DNA from: Piromyces finnis finn
Lineage: Eukaryota > Fungi > Neocallimastigomycota
Direction of reading: 5' to 3'
NCBI GenBank assembly: GCA_002104945.1
Contig: MCFH01000045.1
Location: 1-64,000 of the forward strand
Length of the DNA stretch: 64,000 bases
Shown: positions 46,597 through 61,722 of the stretch, one piece after another
Numbering within the stretch: the stretch's first letter is position 1
Layout: every line of letters begins with the position of its first letter
The notes under the pieces: model-generated
What the model saw: only the letters and a program-made list of their open reading frames with translations
The model's database searches: none
What the model was told of the DNA's origin: nothing
Program-made: the position numbers and the translations under genes

Positions 46597-49500
46597 TTTT
46601 GATTTTATTTTAAAATTAATTTTATTACACTCAAAGATATTTTATAATAATTTTCAAATATTTTTTTTCTTTTTTTTTTTTTTAATTTTTTGTTTATTAC
46701 AATAATAAAGATATTTTTTGTTTTATTAATTATTTATATAATTTTGAAATTGGGTATTGTATATCTTTTTATATTATACACTATGTTTTTTTAACGGAAA
46801 AATAAAGTCTTTTTTTTTTATATTAAAAAATTATTAAGGCATGATATAGTTGGTGAGGTATTTGATTTTTTGTTGATACTATTTTTTATTAATTTTTTTT
46901 TCTTCTATTTTAAATAACTATTATATTTCACAGGATTTACTATCTTTAATAAAATACTATTTTATATTTTAATTTTATAAAGCTACTAAATGACTAGTGT
47001 GGAATAAATACTCTTTTTGTTTTAATTATTTTTTTATAATTCTTTAAAATGGCTGTTTAAAATTTTTATACTATTCTTACTATTCTTTAAAAATATTTTT
47101 TATTATATTTACAATATGTTAAAATTATATATTTCTTTTTTGATAATAGGTAATTAAATATTATTATTTTTTTTATTTATTCTTTTTTTTAAAAAAAAAA
47201 AGGTCTTCCTTTTTACTGTTTTTTTAATATTTATTTATTTCAACTAAATTTACTTTTTTTTTAAATGAAAATAAAATGTTTTTTTTTTAGAAAATAAAAT
47301 TGGCGTCAAATTTCTTTATTTTTATAGGATTTCCTTTTGGAAAATTCAAATTATTAATAAATGAAAATTTTTAATTTATGATGACATAATTTTTTATATT
47401 TTTACTTTTTTTTTTTTTTTGAAAAAATAATAATAATTAATTATTTTTTTATTTTTATTATTAATTATTATTTTTCTTTTTATTCCTTCGCCTTTCCATT
47501 TTTATCTTATTATTCTATTGGATTATATTCATTATATATAATAAAATATATATATTCATATATTATCTATCAATTCCTAATTTTATTATTAAAAATAACA
47601 TTTTTATTTGATTATATATAATATTTAGTTTATCATATATTATAATATTATTGATAATATATTATTAGTTTTCTTTATAAATAAATAAATAAAAACTATT
47701 TTTATTAATTATTTTAAAAAAATTAAAACTTTAATTTTTAAAATTTTGTATAATATAATATGAATGTACTTTAATATATTATTCCTTAATTTTAATAATA
47801 ATTGATGATTTATTAGTTAATTAATACGTATATATTAATAAATTAATAAAAAAGAATAAACGATTTATATTTTTGGAAATCATATATTAAAATCATCAAT
47901 TTATTTTGCTTTATATTAAAGTCTATTTAATTATATATTATTTTGAATTAAATCATATATTAAAAATGCATCGTTCAGAAATTTTGGAACAAACAAGCAA
48001 TAAAATAAGATTTTTAAAGATAATTTATTTATTTTAATATATTATGGAATATAATTGAATATAAACAATATAATAAGACTAATTTAATTTAATTTTGGTT
48101 ATTTTATAGTAATTTTTAAACTATCATAAATTAAAGTTTAATAGAATTACATATTAGAGTCAATTATTAATATATGTAATGATTTCATACACATTTTATA
48201 TATTAATTTTGTATTGAATTATATAGTGTTATGATGTATATGATATATTATAATACATTATAATATATATTGAATTGCTAAATTATTTTTAAAGTCATTC
48301 TTGATCACATTCTTCTTTTTGACCTTTTTAATTCAATTTCCTTAAGCATAAGACTCTAATTTAAATTTAATATATAGAATACATATATTACAATCAATTA
48401 AAAACTCAATACCCATTTTTAAAGTCAAAGTATAAATAAATAATAAAATAAATAAATCATTATTTGAATTAAATGAATACTTGAATAATTAACTAAATTA
48501 AATAATAAGCATCAACCAAATTAAAATAATAATAATTAATTAATCAATAATTAATTATTATACCACTAATTAATTAGGAATAAACTAATAATAATAATAA
48601 CAACAAATAATAACAGTAATCCTAAAACATAAAGCGGTGAATTTTTAATTAGGAATAAACGTTTATTTATAATAATAAAGTTTAAAAACTTATTTATTAT
48701 TATTAATCATCATCATCCATTAAATTCCAATATTCATTGTAATTTAAGGATTTATCTATTGCTTTTTCTATTGAGTGAAATTAGTTTATGATAAGGTCAT
48801 GCAACAAATTAAAGTAGGAGTATTTATGGTCAAAAGGACGAAAAAAAGTATAGAAAAAAAAGCACTTGATATAGGAAAATAGGAATATAAATAGGAATAT
48901 TGTAAAAATAAATTATATATCATTTATAAATAAATAAATAGATAAAATTCATAAAATTAAAATCTACATATTATTTTTAAAATGCATGACCATGAGAAAT
49001 GGTTATAAAAATTAAATTGCATGTACTCTATATTCATAATATTTTTTTAAACCATTTTTTTTTCATAATAAAGATATAAATTTTCTACGCCATATTTTTT
49101 ATTTGGTATAAATGTATGGCGTAGTGAAATTTATTCATACTATTTAATTATTAAATATTAATATTTATTAATTATTAATTATTAATATTTATTTAAAATA
49201 TTTATTTATTTTTTAAATTAAAAAGGTTTTTGGTTTCATTATTATTAATAATTATAATAATGGTAAGTCATACTTTAGAAAGGGATATCACATATATCAT
49301 ATGCTCATAATACAAACTATATAATAATGAATTTTATTATTACATTGTATGATTCAAAATAATTGAATCTATTTAAAAAAATTAAATGCTTTATACTATC
49401 ATTGTTAAATAAATACCATTTTTTTATATTTCTAATAGAGCATAAAAGGTTTACTTTTACAGAAATAAACCTTTTTATTTTATAAGAAAAATATGGGAAT

Positions 49501-51488
49501 ACTTCTGTAAAGATTTTTTTTGTGGTACAAAATTTTAATCCTTAATTATTTCCATGATAATCAAGCCATAATTTTTTAAATTATTAATTTAAATCTTTGA
49601 TAATTATACTATTATTAAATTCATCAGCCATAAACTATTTTGTTGATTATTGGTTATTTATTAATTATTGATAAAATAATGTTTTTATTAACTAATAATA
49701 AATTTTTATCTTAACCATTCATAAAATAAAAAAAAATCCATTTGACCTGCCGTAATAGTAATTAAAGATTTTAATAGTAAAAGTTTTAATAACAAACAAT
49801 TTATAATTTAAACCCATTCTAAAGCATAACAGATGATAAATAATAATAAATAATAATATAATTTATGCATTATACTACACACTCTTTAAATTATGGCATT
49901 TTTTTTTTATAGATAATTAAAAATAATAATTAAAATTTATATTTCTTTTAATGGAAACATAAACTAGTTCAATATTACATAGTAAATATATTATAATCTA
50001 TATACATATAAAATAGCAAAAGTAACCATAAACTAAGCTAATTATATATTAGCAAATGATAATGTCTTTACAAAAAAAAAAAAAAATAAAAAGAATTTTT
50101 TAAGAGAAATAAAAAAAAAGAAAAATAGAGCAATTATATATAATGATTTATTAACAAAAAATATAGAGTTTTAATCATATAATTAATATAATAATGGTTT
50201 ATAGGTTATTTAATTATAAAAAACATACTTTTGCCAAAGTTTTATCAACTAACTTTAAGATTACTCAACACAACATAAACACACATTGTTATTACGTATT
50301 ATTTAGGAATAACTATCGTATACAGAGCCAAACCAAATTATGAATAAATTTTAAAATTTGGTTTGACTTTTTATTATTAAATGTTTTTCATATATTAACA
50401 ATATACTTTAATATATTGAAAGTTTAATAATTATAAATTTTTGGATGAATACAATAAAAAGGTCACAGTGGAAAAAATGGATACAAATATTTTTAATTTT
50501 TTGTTTTTAATTTATATTAAATTAATTAATATATGAGCATGAGTTTACTTTAATATATTAAATGGAAATTTAAAATTTTAATTATAAATAATATGACCAT
50601 TTTTAATTATTTAAAAATTATTAAAAAATAAAGACATTAAAAAATTAAAAATAATTAAAAATTAGAAATATATTAAAAAAAGAAATAATAATAATAATTA
50701 AAACCAAGAATTAATTATTAGTTTAAAAGTAGATTGTCGTTTTTACTTTTATCCATTTTTATTATTACTATTATTATTATTACTATTGTATTTATGAATT
50801 TATGAAAATAATAACAATAAATGAACTTTTTTTTTTTCAATTTAACAATTATTTCATTTGATTAATTAATTTAATAGACATCTTTTATGGATAGAGTAAA
50901 AATAATAATAATAAAAGGACATACCTATGCATATATGATGCTATACATAAAAAGAATGAAATATTGTATGTTTTAAAGTTATTTATATCTTTAAAAAAAA
51001 AGGATATAGAGGACAAAAAGAAAAAAATAATAAATATTTTCATTACACTATTTAAATATATTCTTATTAGTTGTATTTTTATTTTAAATTAAAAATAATA
51101 AATGTGTTTTTACTCTTTTGTTTTTATGAGAAAAATAACATTTATTATTATTATTTATTTAAATCATAAAAAATAATGAATTCATACTTTAATAGAATAT
51201 TTAAAGTTTTGTCACAAGATTGATTTAAAAAATATTATTAAACTTTAATAACTACTAACATTAAAATTAAATATTATGGATAGAAAAAATTTTTGTTTCT
51301 TTTTTTATATATAATTCCTAAAAAGCGAAAAATGAAAATAAATTTGAATGACCTAGATAAAGCCATTATTTTATAATTACTCTATTAGACTAATTTCTAC
51401 TATTGAAACTATAATGAATAATTAATATTGTATTGTATAATATTGCATTTTGTATATTTTGAGATTTTAAAATAATATATGCTTTAAT

Positions 51489-51743
<255 letters not shown>

Positions 51744-52826
51744 AAATAGTTAAAATGGATGCTACATCTGATTCATAAAAATAATACATATTTTTTATTT
51801 CCAATAAACTTTAAACTAATATATATATAAATTATATCCTTAATATAAAAAAAAACAATTCTTTTATTGTTATAAAAATAATAATAAATTTTTAATTAAG
51901 GAAGTTAAGGAAGTTTGTTCCATAGAAGTGATTATTTTTATAATTTTTTATATAGTAAATAAAAATTTGATTTTGAAATCATCAAAGAAAAAAATCTTAA
52001 ATCAGTTTTATGATATTATGAATAACTGTATATATATATATATTAATAAAATTAATAGACATTATTTTATCTCTTTTCCATATATTTACATTTCTTAGTT
52101 TTTTAAAAAATGAAAAAATGAAAAAATGAAAAAAAAAAAAAAAACAATTCAAAAATTTTAAATTTTTTAAAATTTTTTTAAAGTTTCTTTGAATGTCATG
52201 ATTAATTTAAAATACTTTAAAATCCTTGAATAATACTATTATATTTATAATATCTCAAAAAATTCAAATAATAATAAAAAAAAGCTTAAATATTTTATAT
52301 TTATATATTCTAATATATAGTATATATTGATAGTTTTTTTTTTTTTTTTTAATATAATGTTAATTTCAAATAAATATAAAAAAAATGTAAAAATAATATA
52401 TTAGGTTAAAAAAATTAATGAACTGCAACAAAAAATAAATATTTTAGATTTATATTAAATGGAAAAAAACAAGAAATAAAATAAAAAAAAGAATGTTAAA
52501 GAAAATATCATATAATATCCCAATAGTAATTTAATTTTTTTATTTATAATATATTAATGTATAATTGATATTATATAGAGAAAAAATAAAAAAAAAAAAA
52601 ACTTTATCTTTTTTATTTTCATATACCAAGAACAACGATAATATAAAAATAATAAATTTATTTATTATTTATTTTTCTATACCAAAAAAAAATTAATAAG
52701 AAAATTTATAAAGTTTTAAAAATAAAATAAAATCATATATCATAATAATCATAATACTAATAATAATAATAGTAATCAAAATAATAAATTAAAAATAATA
52801 ATAATTATAAAAAAAAAAAAAAAAAA

Positions 52827-53429
52827 ATGTATGAAGAATATTTAAAAGAATCAGAATATATAAATTATCATCATCCAGAAATTGAAAAATTAGCAAAAAA
52901 ATTAAAAAATGAATCAAAGGATGATATTGATTATATTCAAAAGGTATTTTATTTTGTTCGCGATGAAATTCATCATTCTGCAGATGTTCAGGATAAGCAA
53001 GTGACCGTTACAGCAAGTGATTGTCTTGAAAAAGGTGTGGGTATTTGTTGGGTAAAAAGTTATCTTTTTGCTGCTCTTTTAAGAATTCATGGAATTCCTT
53101 CAGGATTCAGTCATCAACGATTAACCCTAGGAAATACATTGGATTCAGGATACTGTATTCATTCCTTGAATACAGTTTATATTGCTTCATTGGGAAAATG
53201 GATTCGGTTAGATGCCCGTGGAAATAATGAATCTGCTCATTCAGAATTTTCATTGGATAAAGAAATTTTGGCGTATCGAGTAACAAGTCAAGGGGAAAAG
53301 GATTATTTTGACAATATTGCTGAACCTGATCCAGGATTAATCAAAGTATTAAAAGAAAATACAGATGCTCATTATATGTATTCCTATTGTCTTCCGGATC
53401 GATTAACTAATGAGCAAATAATAGAATAA
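52827..53429 (+). CDS. Transglutaminase-like cysteine protease-fold protein, intronless, bacterial type
   Basis: FYFVRDEIHHS, TASDCLEKGVGICWVKSYLFAALLR..GIP.GF..QRL, CIHSLN.VY, KWIRLDARGN; the Cys-His-Asp triad is intact. Single exon. Confidence 0.88.
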   Translation: MYEEYLKESEYINYHHPEIEKLAKKLKNESKDDIDYIQKVFYFVRDEIHHSADVQDKQVTVTASDCLEKGVGICWVKSYLFAALLRIHGIPSGFSHQRLTLGNTLDSGYCIHSLNTVYIASLGKWIRLDARGNNESAHSEFSLDKEILAYRVTSQGEKDYFDNIAEPDPGLIKVLKENTDAHYMYSYCLPDRLTNEQIIE

Positions 53430-55279
53430 TATAGATAGATAAAGATTTTATTGATTCTCCTTTTTTAAAATATATATCTATTTCAAAAAGTTAATCGTTT
53501 AATTATTTAAAAAAAAAAAAATAAAATTATTATACAATAGGCAATATTAAAAAATATATATTATATACATAATTTCGTGAAGGATTATTTTAAAAAATAC
53601 ACACACACACACATAAAATAAAATTAAAAAGATAAAGAATAGGTTTTAAAACAGTTTATTTTTTTAAACTTAATTTATTTTTTTTTTTTTTTATTTATTT
53701 ATTTGTAAAATTAAAATTCTTTCTTTAATATATATAAATAAAGAATGAATTTCTTTTTTTTTTTGTCATGATTATTAATTATATTAAATGTTTTTTTTTT
53801 TTTAAAGTTATGTAGGGTTTTCCTAATTTATAAATATACTATGAAAATATTTTTCTTTTCTTTTCTTTTTTTTTCTTTTTATTTATCTTCTCTTTTCTTC
53901 TTTTCTACCATAAAGAAAAGATAATAAATAGAAATAGTAGTGTAGGTATATACATTTCTTTTTTATTTTGTATATATATACATTAAAAAAAATAAAAAGT
54001 ATAAAAAATAGTTAAAAAGAGAAGAAAAATAAAAGAAAAAAAAAATAAAAAGATGATTTTATAATAATAAATTATTAAATTAAAAGTCGTCTTTTTTTTT
54101 TTTTTTTTTTTTAATATTATAATTATGAAAATTTTATATATAGATTTAAAAATATTTTTGTTTGTTTGCTTGTTTTTGTTATTGTGTATTGTTTGTATTA
54201 TATTTTTTTATAGTTTTAATTTGATTTATCCCCCTTCTTTTTAATCCCTTCTTTTAAACTTTTTTTTTTACTAATTTTAACTTAAAGTATAAAAAAAAAA
54301 ATGAAAAGAAGTTGCACTTTTTTTTACCATGTATTTGTTATTATTATTTATTGTTGTTGTTGTTATAATTGTAGTTGTTGTAGTTATTGTCGTTGTTGTT
54401 CTTGTTTTTATTTTTATTAATTTTGATAAATATTATTTTTAATAACAAATTTATTTTTGTATCCACTCCTCTTTTTTATTATTAGTACTTTAAATAGTAT
54501 GAATAATTGTTTTCAACATTCTACTATTTACATAAATGAATTATTGAAAAAAAAATTATATTTATAAAAAAAAATTCTTTTTTTTTTTTTTCTATTATCC
54601 TTTTAATATAAATTCCCTTTTTTTATATTTATAAATATTAAAATTAAATTTGTTTTTCATTCTCATATTTATTATTTAAATATATTCTATTATTTATTGC
54701 TATGAAAGTATAAAAAATGAGTGATTTCCTTAATTAATAATACTTGTCAATATCAAAAATTGAAATTACTTATTTTATTATACATACATATTATTAATAA
54801 ATAATATTACATTTTAAATAACTAAAATATGAAAATAAAAATTATTAATTCAAATTTTTCTTATTTTTATATTTTTTTATTATAAATATTTTTACAAAAA
54901 ACTATTAATGTTAATATTTTTTAAAAAAAGGCTTTTATAATTATTAGGATTTCATTAATAATAAAATAAAAAAAAAGATTAAGAAAATTTTTAATTGTTT
55001 TTTAGCTTGTTTTTAATTTTTTTAGGACTTTTTTTTTATTTATTGGATTCTTAAAAAATATCAAAAAAAGAAAATATCGATTAAAAAAAGTGTATATATA
55101 TAAAAGTTTCTTCTATAATTTTGTTGAGCAACTTTTTTAAAAAAATATTAATATTATAATTTTATTCTATTGATGTTTTTTTAATCATTTTCTTTTTTTG
55201 ATTATTTTTTAACTTTGGATGGCATCTTACTTTAAATCATTATTAAGATAAGATTTCCTAACTTTATTTACTTTTCAAT

Positions 55280-57229
55280 TTACCATTCACCATCTCTCAT
55301 AGTGTGTAAAAGTGAATGATCACTGTCAACAGTTCTGTAACTGAAGCGGTTTTCATCAGTAGCAGTAGAGCAGTAAGTAGCTCTTAAAGCAGCTCTGTAA
55401 GTGTCGGTAATGTTATCAACAACAGACATGTCTGGATCTTCTTCATCATCATCAATATCGAAGTTTTCAATAACAGCTTCTTGAATATCTGGAACAATTT
55501 GCTTGTAACCAGTATCAGCATTTTCATCTTCTTGTGGTTGAGTTTCAGTGTTAGCTAAATTTTCTAAATCCATATTGTTAATATGATCTTCAATCATAGA
55601 AGTAGTCATATTGTTGAAGTCTGGAGTTTCAATAATTTCCATTTGAGCAACAGTTGGAACAATTTGCTTGTAACCTTCTTGAACTGGTTCTTCATCTGGT
55701 TGAGTAATAACAATTTCTGGTTGAACTGGAACAAGAGTTGGCATTTGAGAATTTGGCATACTGTTTTCAATTTCAATTTGGTTAGCAACTGGTTCTTCAA
55801 TGTATGAGTTTTCAACTGGTAATTCTTGAACATATGGTAATTTAGAACTGTCAAAGTTGAAAACATCGTTTCCAATTTGTGGAATGTTGTTTGATGGGTT
55901 AGAGTAAATACTTTCTCTACTCATGAAATTATCTTGATTAACTTCAACCTTTTGAATTGGAGTAGTTTCAATGATGTTTTGATCATAATTTGGTTTGTAT
56001 TCATATGGATTTTCAGTAGTAACATATGGATCATTTGGAACATCCTTCATAATGTTGTATGGATTGTACTCTTCTGGTTGCATACCACTTAAATCATTGT
56101 TACTCTTACCAAAGTCATTGTTAATTGGTTGAGCTTCAATATCAGCAATATCAACACCACGGTTTTCATTGTTCTTCTTGTTGTAAACACGAACACCAAC
56201 AGTAGCAACACCAACAACAGCACCAACAGCAACTAAACTAATAACAGTGGTTTTGACAGCATTACCATTGCCATTACCTTCATTGTTACTTCCAGTGTTA
56301 TCATTGCTTACATTAGAAGTATTGTTACTACCGACAACAGTGTTTGTGTTGGCTGGAGCATTATTAGCTGGAACAATTGGGTTAAGGGTAGTACCTTGAG
56401 TATTTGGAGCAATTGGATTTTCAGTAGTAGCATCAGTAGCACTATTAGCTACTGGAGCAGCAGCTTGATTGGTAGCTGGAGCAACTGGAACATTCTTATT
56501 GATAGTACTGTTAGAAGTAGATGGAGCAGAGTTAACTGGTTTTTGAGCAACAACTGGTTGAGTTTTTACTGGAGCTTGAACTTGAGTGTTTGGTTTTGAA
56601 GCAACTTGAGTTGGTTTTGGAGCAGCAACTTGAGTGTTTGGTTTTGAAGCAGCAACTTGAGTATTTGGTTTTGGAGCAGCAGCTTGAGTAGTTGGTTTTG
56701 GAGCAGCAGCTTGAGTGGTTGGTTTTGGAGCAGCAGCTTGAGTAGTTGGTTTTGGAGCAACAGCTTGAGTGGTTGGTTTTGGAGCAGCAGCTTGAGTAGT
56801 CTTTACTGGTTCCTTAACTGATTCCTTAACTGGTTCTTTAACTGGTTCCTTAACTGGTTCTTTAGCTGGTTCCTTAGCTGGTTCATCTTCAATTTCAAGA
56901 GTATCGTCGATATCTGGAATATCATCATCCTTTATATTAAAAATATATTTATTAAATATATTAACTAAATATTCTTTTTAACTATTATTTTAATTTTTTT
57001 CATAAATTGAGATTATACTTTATTAAATATATTATTATACTTTCTAAATACTATATTCTATCATTTTTTATTATTACTGCTCATACAAATTTATATTTTT
57101 CTCTTTTTTAATTATATTAATCCATTTTACATTAAAATTTTATATTTATTTTACCTCATCAGCAGCTCTGACGAAAGTGAATAAACAAAGTACTAATAAG
57201 AAAAGAGTTAAAAACTTTTTGGTATTCAT
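55280..57229 (-). CDS. Mucin-like type I membrane protein: signal peptide, KEPV and KPTTQAAAP repeats, Asn/Thr-rich stalk, one TM helix, long acidic cytoplasmic tail; 2 exons
   Basis: Exon 1 MNTKKFLTLFLLVLCLFTFVRAADE (57155-57229). Exon 2 from about 56929 is open to the stop at 55280. TM VISLVAVGAVVGVATVGV followed by RVYNKK. Confidence 0.85.
56570..56885 (-). repeat. Coding minisatellites: about 27-bp units (KPTTQAAAP variants) and 12-bp units (KEPV/KEPA)
   Basis: Repeated ggttttggagcagcagcttgagt(a/g)gtt and ttaactggttc(c/t) on the + strand. Confidence 0.9.
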
Positions 57230-60200
57230 TTTGAATATTTATCTATTTATTGTTTTTATTTTATATATTTATAATGTATATTTGAATCGTAAAAACTTTC
57301 GTTTGTATAGTTTTAATGAATCGAATATATTTATTTGTTTATTAGTGAGAATTTTTATTTTATAAAAGCTTAGTGTTTTTATTTTTAGGATCTTTATATA
57401 AAAAACCTATTGTATTTATTCTTTTTTTCTTTATCCTTTGAAATTGTTTGATTTTTATTAATATTAAAGGATTGAAATAAAAAAAAGAATAATCTAATTA
57501 CAAGTTGTTGTCTTTAATTAGGTACTTCTATATTTTTTATTTTTTTTTTTTTTTTTATAATTTTTTTATTAGGATAAAAAATTTTTAAAAATTAGAGTAA
57601 TTCTTATTTTATATATATTTTTTTTTTTACCTATTGAAAACTATCATAAAAAAAAAAGATATAATAAATTATTATAAATTATTATATTTGAAGCATATAT
57701 TAATTTTATAAATTAATATAAATATATTGTTTACTTTATATTTCATTAATTTTAATTTATTCTTTTATTTGTAGTTTATTATTATTTAATATTATAAAAA
57801 TACTATATAATAGTATTAAAAATATAATAATATATCTTTTAATACTACAACTTTATATTTATCCTTAATATATTATATAATTATATTTATATTTAAACAT
57901 ATACAATATAAAACTCTTGTATAACATTAAATAATTATATTAATATTAGTTAATATATTGGATATAATATATTGCAATACACTATTTCATATATTAGTAT
58001 AATAAAAATATATAATAAATGTAATGATTAATATATTAATTAATAAATTTAATAAAAAATAAAATTAAATTTATAAGGGTTAGTTTTATGATTTTATAAA
58101 TAAAAATTAAAAAAACATTAATATAATTTTATTTAATAATAATCCAGAATATTAATATAATTTTATTCGTTTTTAATTTAAGTAAATTAAATATCTATAT
58201 AGTTTAATATCTTCATATTACACAATAGAATATTTCTTATTTATTAAAATTATATATATTGATTAATAGTTGAAATTATAAAAAAATTAAAAAAAAAATA
58301 TAAAACAATTTGATATTAATATATTAAAATATATTATTAACATTGATAATATATTATAATATATTTGATAATTTATTATTATATATTATATCATAACTAA
58401 ATATATGGTGAACAATACTCCTCTGGAATATCATTTGTTAATAGTTGAGTGAAAATGTTAAATATAGTAACTTAATATTATAATAAATAATTTTAAAGTT
58501 TTTTCATTACAAATTGGTAGAATATATTAAATATTTTTTAATAAACTGTAAATATTTGTAGTTAGATATCTAATCTAAAAAAAAATGTAATTCCATTTGC
58601 TTAAAAAAAATCAAATTGAAAATATTTTAATGACTATTAAAGTTCTTAATTTACTCTATACTACCTTTAATATTTAAATACTATTTTAAATTATTTATTA
58701 ATAGAATATGTTTCATATATATAATAAATATATATCTTTCATAGTTTAAAATTCTTATTCTACAACATCTTTTTATAATTTATAAACTTTCTAAATCTGA
58801 GGCTTTTTTAATTTATATATCCAATCACAATTTTGTTAGAGTTTCACATAATAATTATATTAAATAATGTACTATTCAAACTTTAATTAATAATTTATGT
58901 TATTTAAAAACCCCTTTTTTAATTAGTAATTTTCTTTATTAACTTTTTTTTTTTGAGGTTGAAGAAAGGGGAAATAATCCAAGTGAAAACAAAAAAAACT
59001 AAGTATTAAAGTAAAAAGTTTATTTTATAGTAAAAAAAAAATATAATAATAATAAAGAATATAGAATATAGAAAATGGTTGTTGTTGTTGTTGTTTTATT
59101 TCTTGGTAGTTAATTTTATACTAAAAAAGAATTTATTCGTAGCAAAAAAAAAAAAAAAAGGATCTACAAACTTTACATTAACCTCCTAATTAAAAGAAAA
59201 TAATTGAAAAAGGAAAGGGAACCTTTCATACTTAAACCAGTTATAATGTTATGGACAAACCATCATTTTTTATTAATGAAATTATATATTTTCATTATTA
59301 CGAATATTGAAACTTTTTTTTAAACACTAGAATAATTCTTTTCTATGAAAGTTTTTTTTTCTTATGTAATTATAGTATTAATTATGATTATTATTATGAT
59401 AATGATAATTATTATTATATGAAATATTCATTAGGTTTGTATCTTTTATTGAAAAGATTCAAACTTTAACTTTATAAAAATAAATACATTGATTAATGTA
59501 TTGTATACATAAATGTAGAGTAATCTAAATAAAAATTAAATTTTTAATTTTCAATTATTAAAAAGGATGATAATTTAAATTAAATAATATTCTTGATAAA
59601 TAGAACTTGATTATTATACATCTTATAATATATTTGTAATAGGAAAAAACTTTTAAAAAAATAAATAAAATATTATGTAAAAGAAAATAATTAAAATAAG
59701 AAAAGGTATAATTTATTTTAACATTTTTACTATTATATCTTTTTTTTTTTAAAAAAAAAAAAAAAGTAATTAAAATAATGGGAAATAAAAATAACAAGTA
59801 TTCATAGTATAATAGTAATTAATTTTTAAAAAATCATTCATACTAAAATAAAAACTTTTAAATCATATATAATGATCCAATAGTACCAATAAAATACTGA
59901 TTTTATTTAAAATAATAGATCAATTTAACCAGTTATTTTTTATTTTGTTTTGTTTTGTTTTGTTTTTTTTTTTAATAATAGCAATTCCTTAAAAAAGAAA
60001 ATATCAATGTCAATGAAACTACACATTATTAAAAGATAAAAATATATTAATTTAAAACATTTAATTTGTTATTCATCTGAAACTTTTAAAATTTCACTAT
60101 CTTTTCTTTTTCTGTATTTAATAATAATTTAAAAGTAGATAAAAAAATAGATTTAACATTTTTATACTAACATAAATGTTAATGTGAATTTACTATTCTA

Positions 60201-61505
60201 AACCATTTTATTAAAATAAAAAAAGAAAGGAAAAGAAAAGAAAATTACTTTATAATGCTTATTTTTCACTTTACATTCTTTTTTAAAAAAAAAAAAATAT
60301 TTTTACTTTTTTAATTAAAAAATTAGAGTTACACAAAAAGTAAAGTTTAATTATTAATAAAATGAAGAATAACCAATGAAAGTTAAGAATATTTATTTTT
60401 ATATAAAATTTAAAATTACCTTTGAAATGATCTGAGAATGAAATTTGGTTGGTATAATTGAGGAGTTTTTTAAAAAAAAAATAAATAAAATAAGGAAAAA
60501 AAGTGTATGATTATTAAAATAAAAATAATAATAACACTAAACACAATAGAAATGCATTATATGCTATTATTTTTTTTACTAAAATCTTTTTTTGTTTATT
60601 TTTATTAAAAAAAATATGAATTAATATACTTTTTAAAAGTTAATAATGAATATATAAAAATATAAAAATATAAAATAAAAGATATACTCTATTCTATCTA
60701 TTAATACTCTAACAGTGTTAATGAATGATTTAGTATTTCGTTTCATTCAAATCATAAAAATATTGGTTTTATTTTATAGAAAATGTAATTTCTAATATTA
60801 TTATTAACAATAAAAAAAATAAATGCATTAATATATATTAATAAAAATGAATGTTTTTTTTTTTTTGCTTATTAATAATAACATTATTATTTTAATCAGA
60901 GTTCATATGCAATTTCTTCTTTAAACAACCTATATTATAAAAATAATTGGGCCAAAATAACCATACCACCTAGAAAATTTATTATTGGGAAGTTTTAATT
61001 AACCTAAAACATTTAAGCATTCTTAGTTCTAGTTGGATGAAAGAATTATTTCTATTCATCTATTTATTATATATATTAATATATTTTAATATATTATTGT
61101 AACATATAATAAATTCTAATTAATAATATTTATATTAATGACAAAAAGTTCTTTATTTATTAATAATTGTTAAACTTTGCAATTTTAATATAAATATAAT
61201 TTATAATATATATTTATGATATATTATGTTAATATAATAATATATAAAAATAAATTGAATAATATATATAATTTTAATAATACTTATTTGTATCAAAATA
61301 CGTGATAAATTAATTACAAATTTATTTGAAATTATATTAATAAATTTAATATTTTATATATACATAATGTAAAAGTAAGCTACAGTACAAAACAAATTTA
61401 AGACAATATAATGATTAATGTAAAATATCGTATACATTTATTAACATTAAAAAAAAATAAAATAGGAAAAATATTTATATTTTTAAAAAGAATCAACTTG
61501 AATTT

Positions 61506-61576
<71 letters not shown>

Positions 61577-61605
61577 TTCATTTATTTATTTATTTATTTA
61601 TTCAT

Positions 61606-61700
<95 letters not shown>

Positions 61701-61722
61701 TTTGTTTGTTTGTTTGTTTATT
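61506..61722 (+). repeat. (TTTA)n microsatellite, about 50 units with a few TTCA/TTTG variants
   Basis: Direct reading; explains the IYLF-repeat ORF. Confidence 0.95.
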
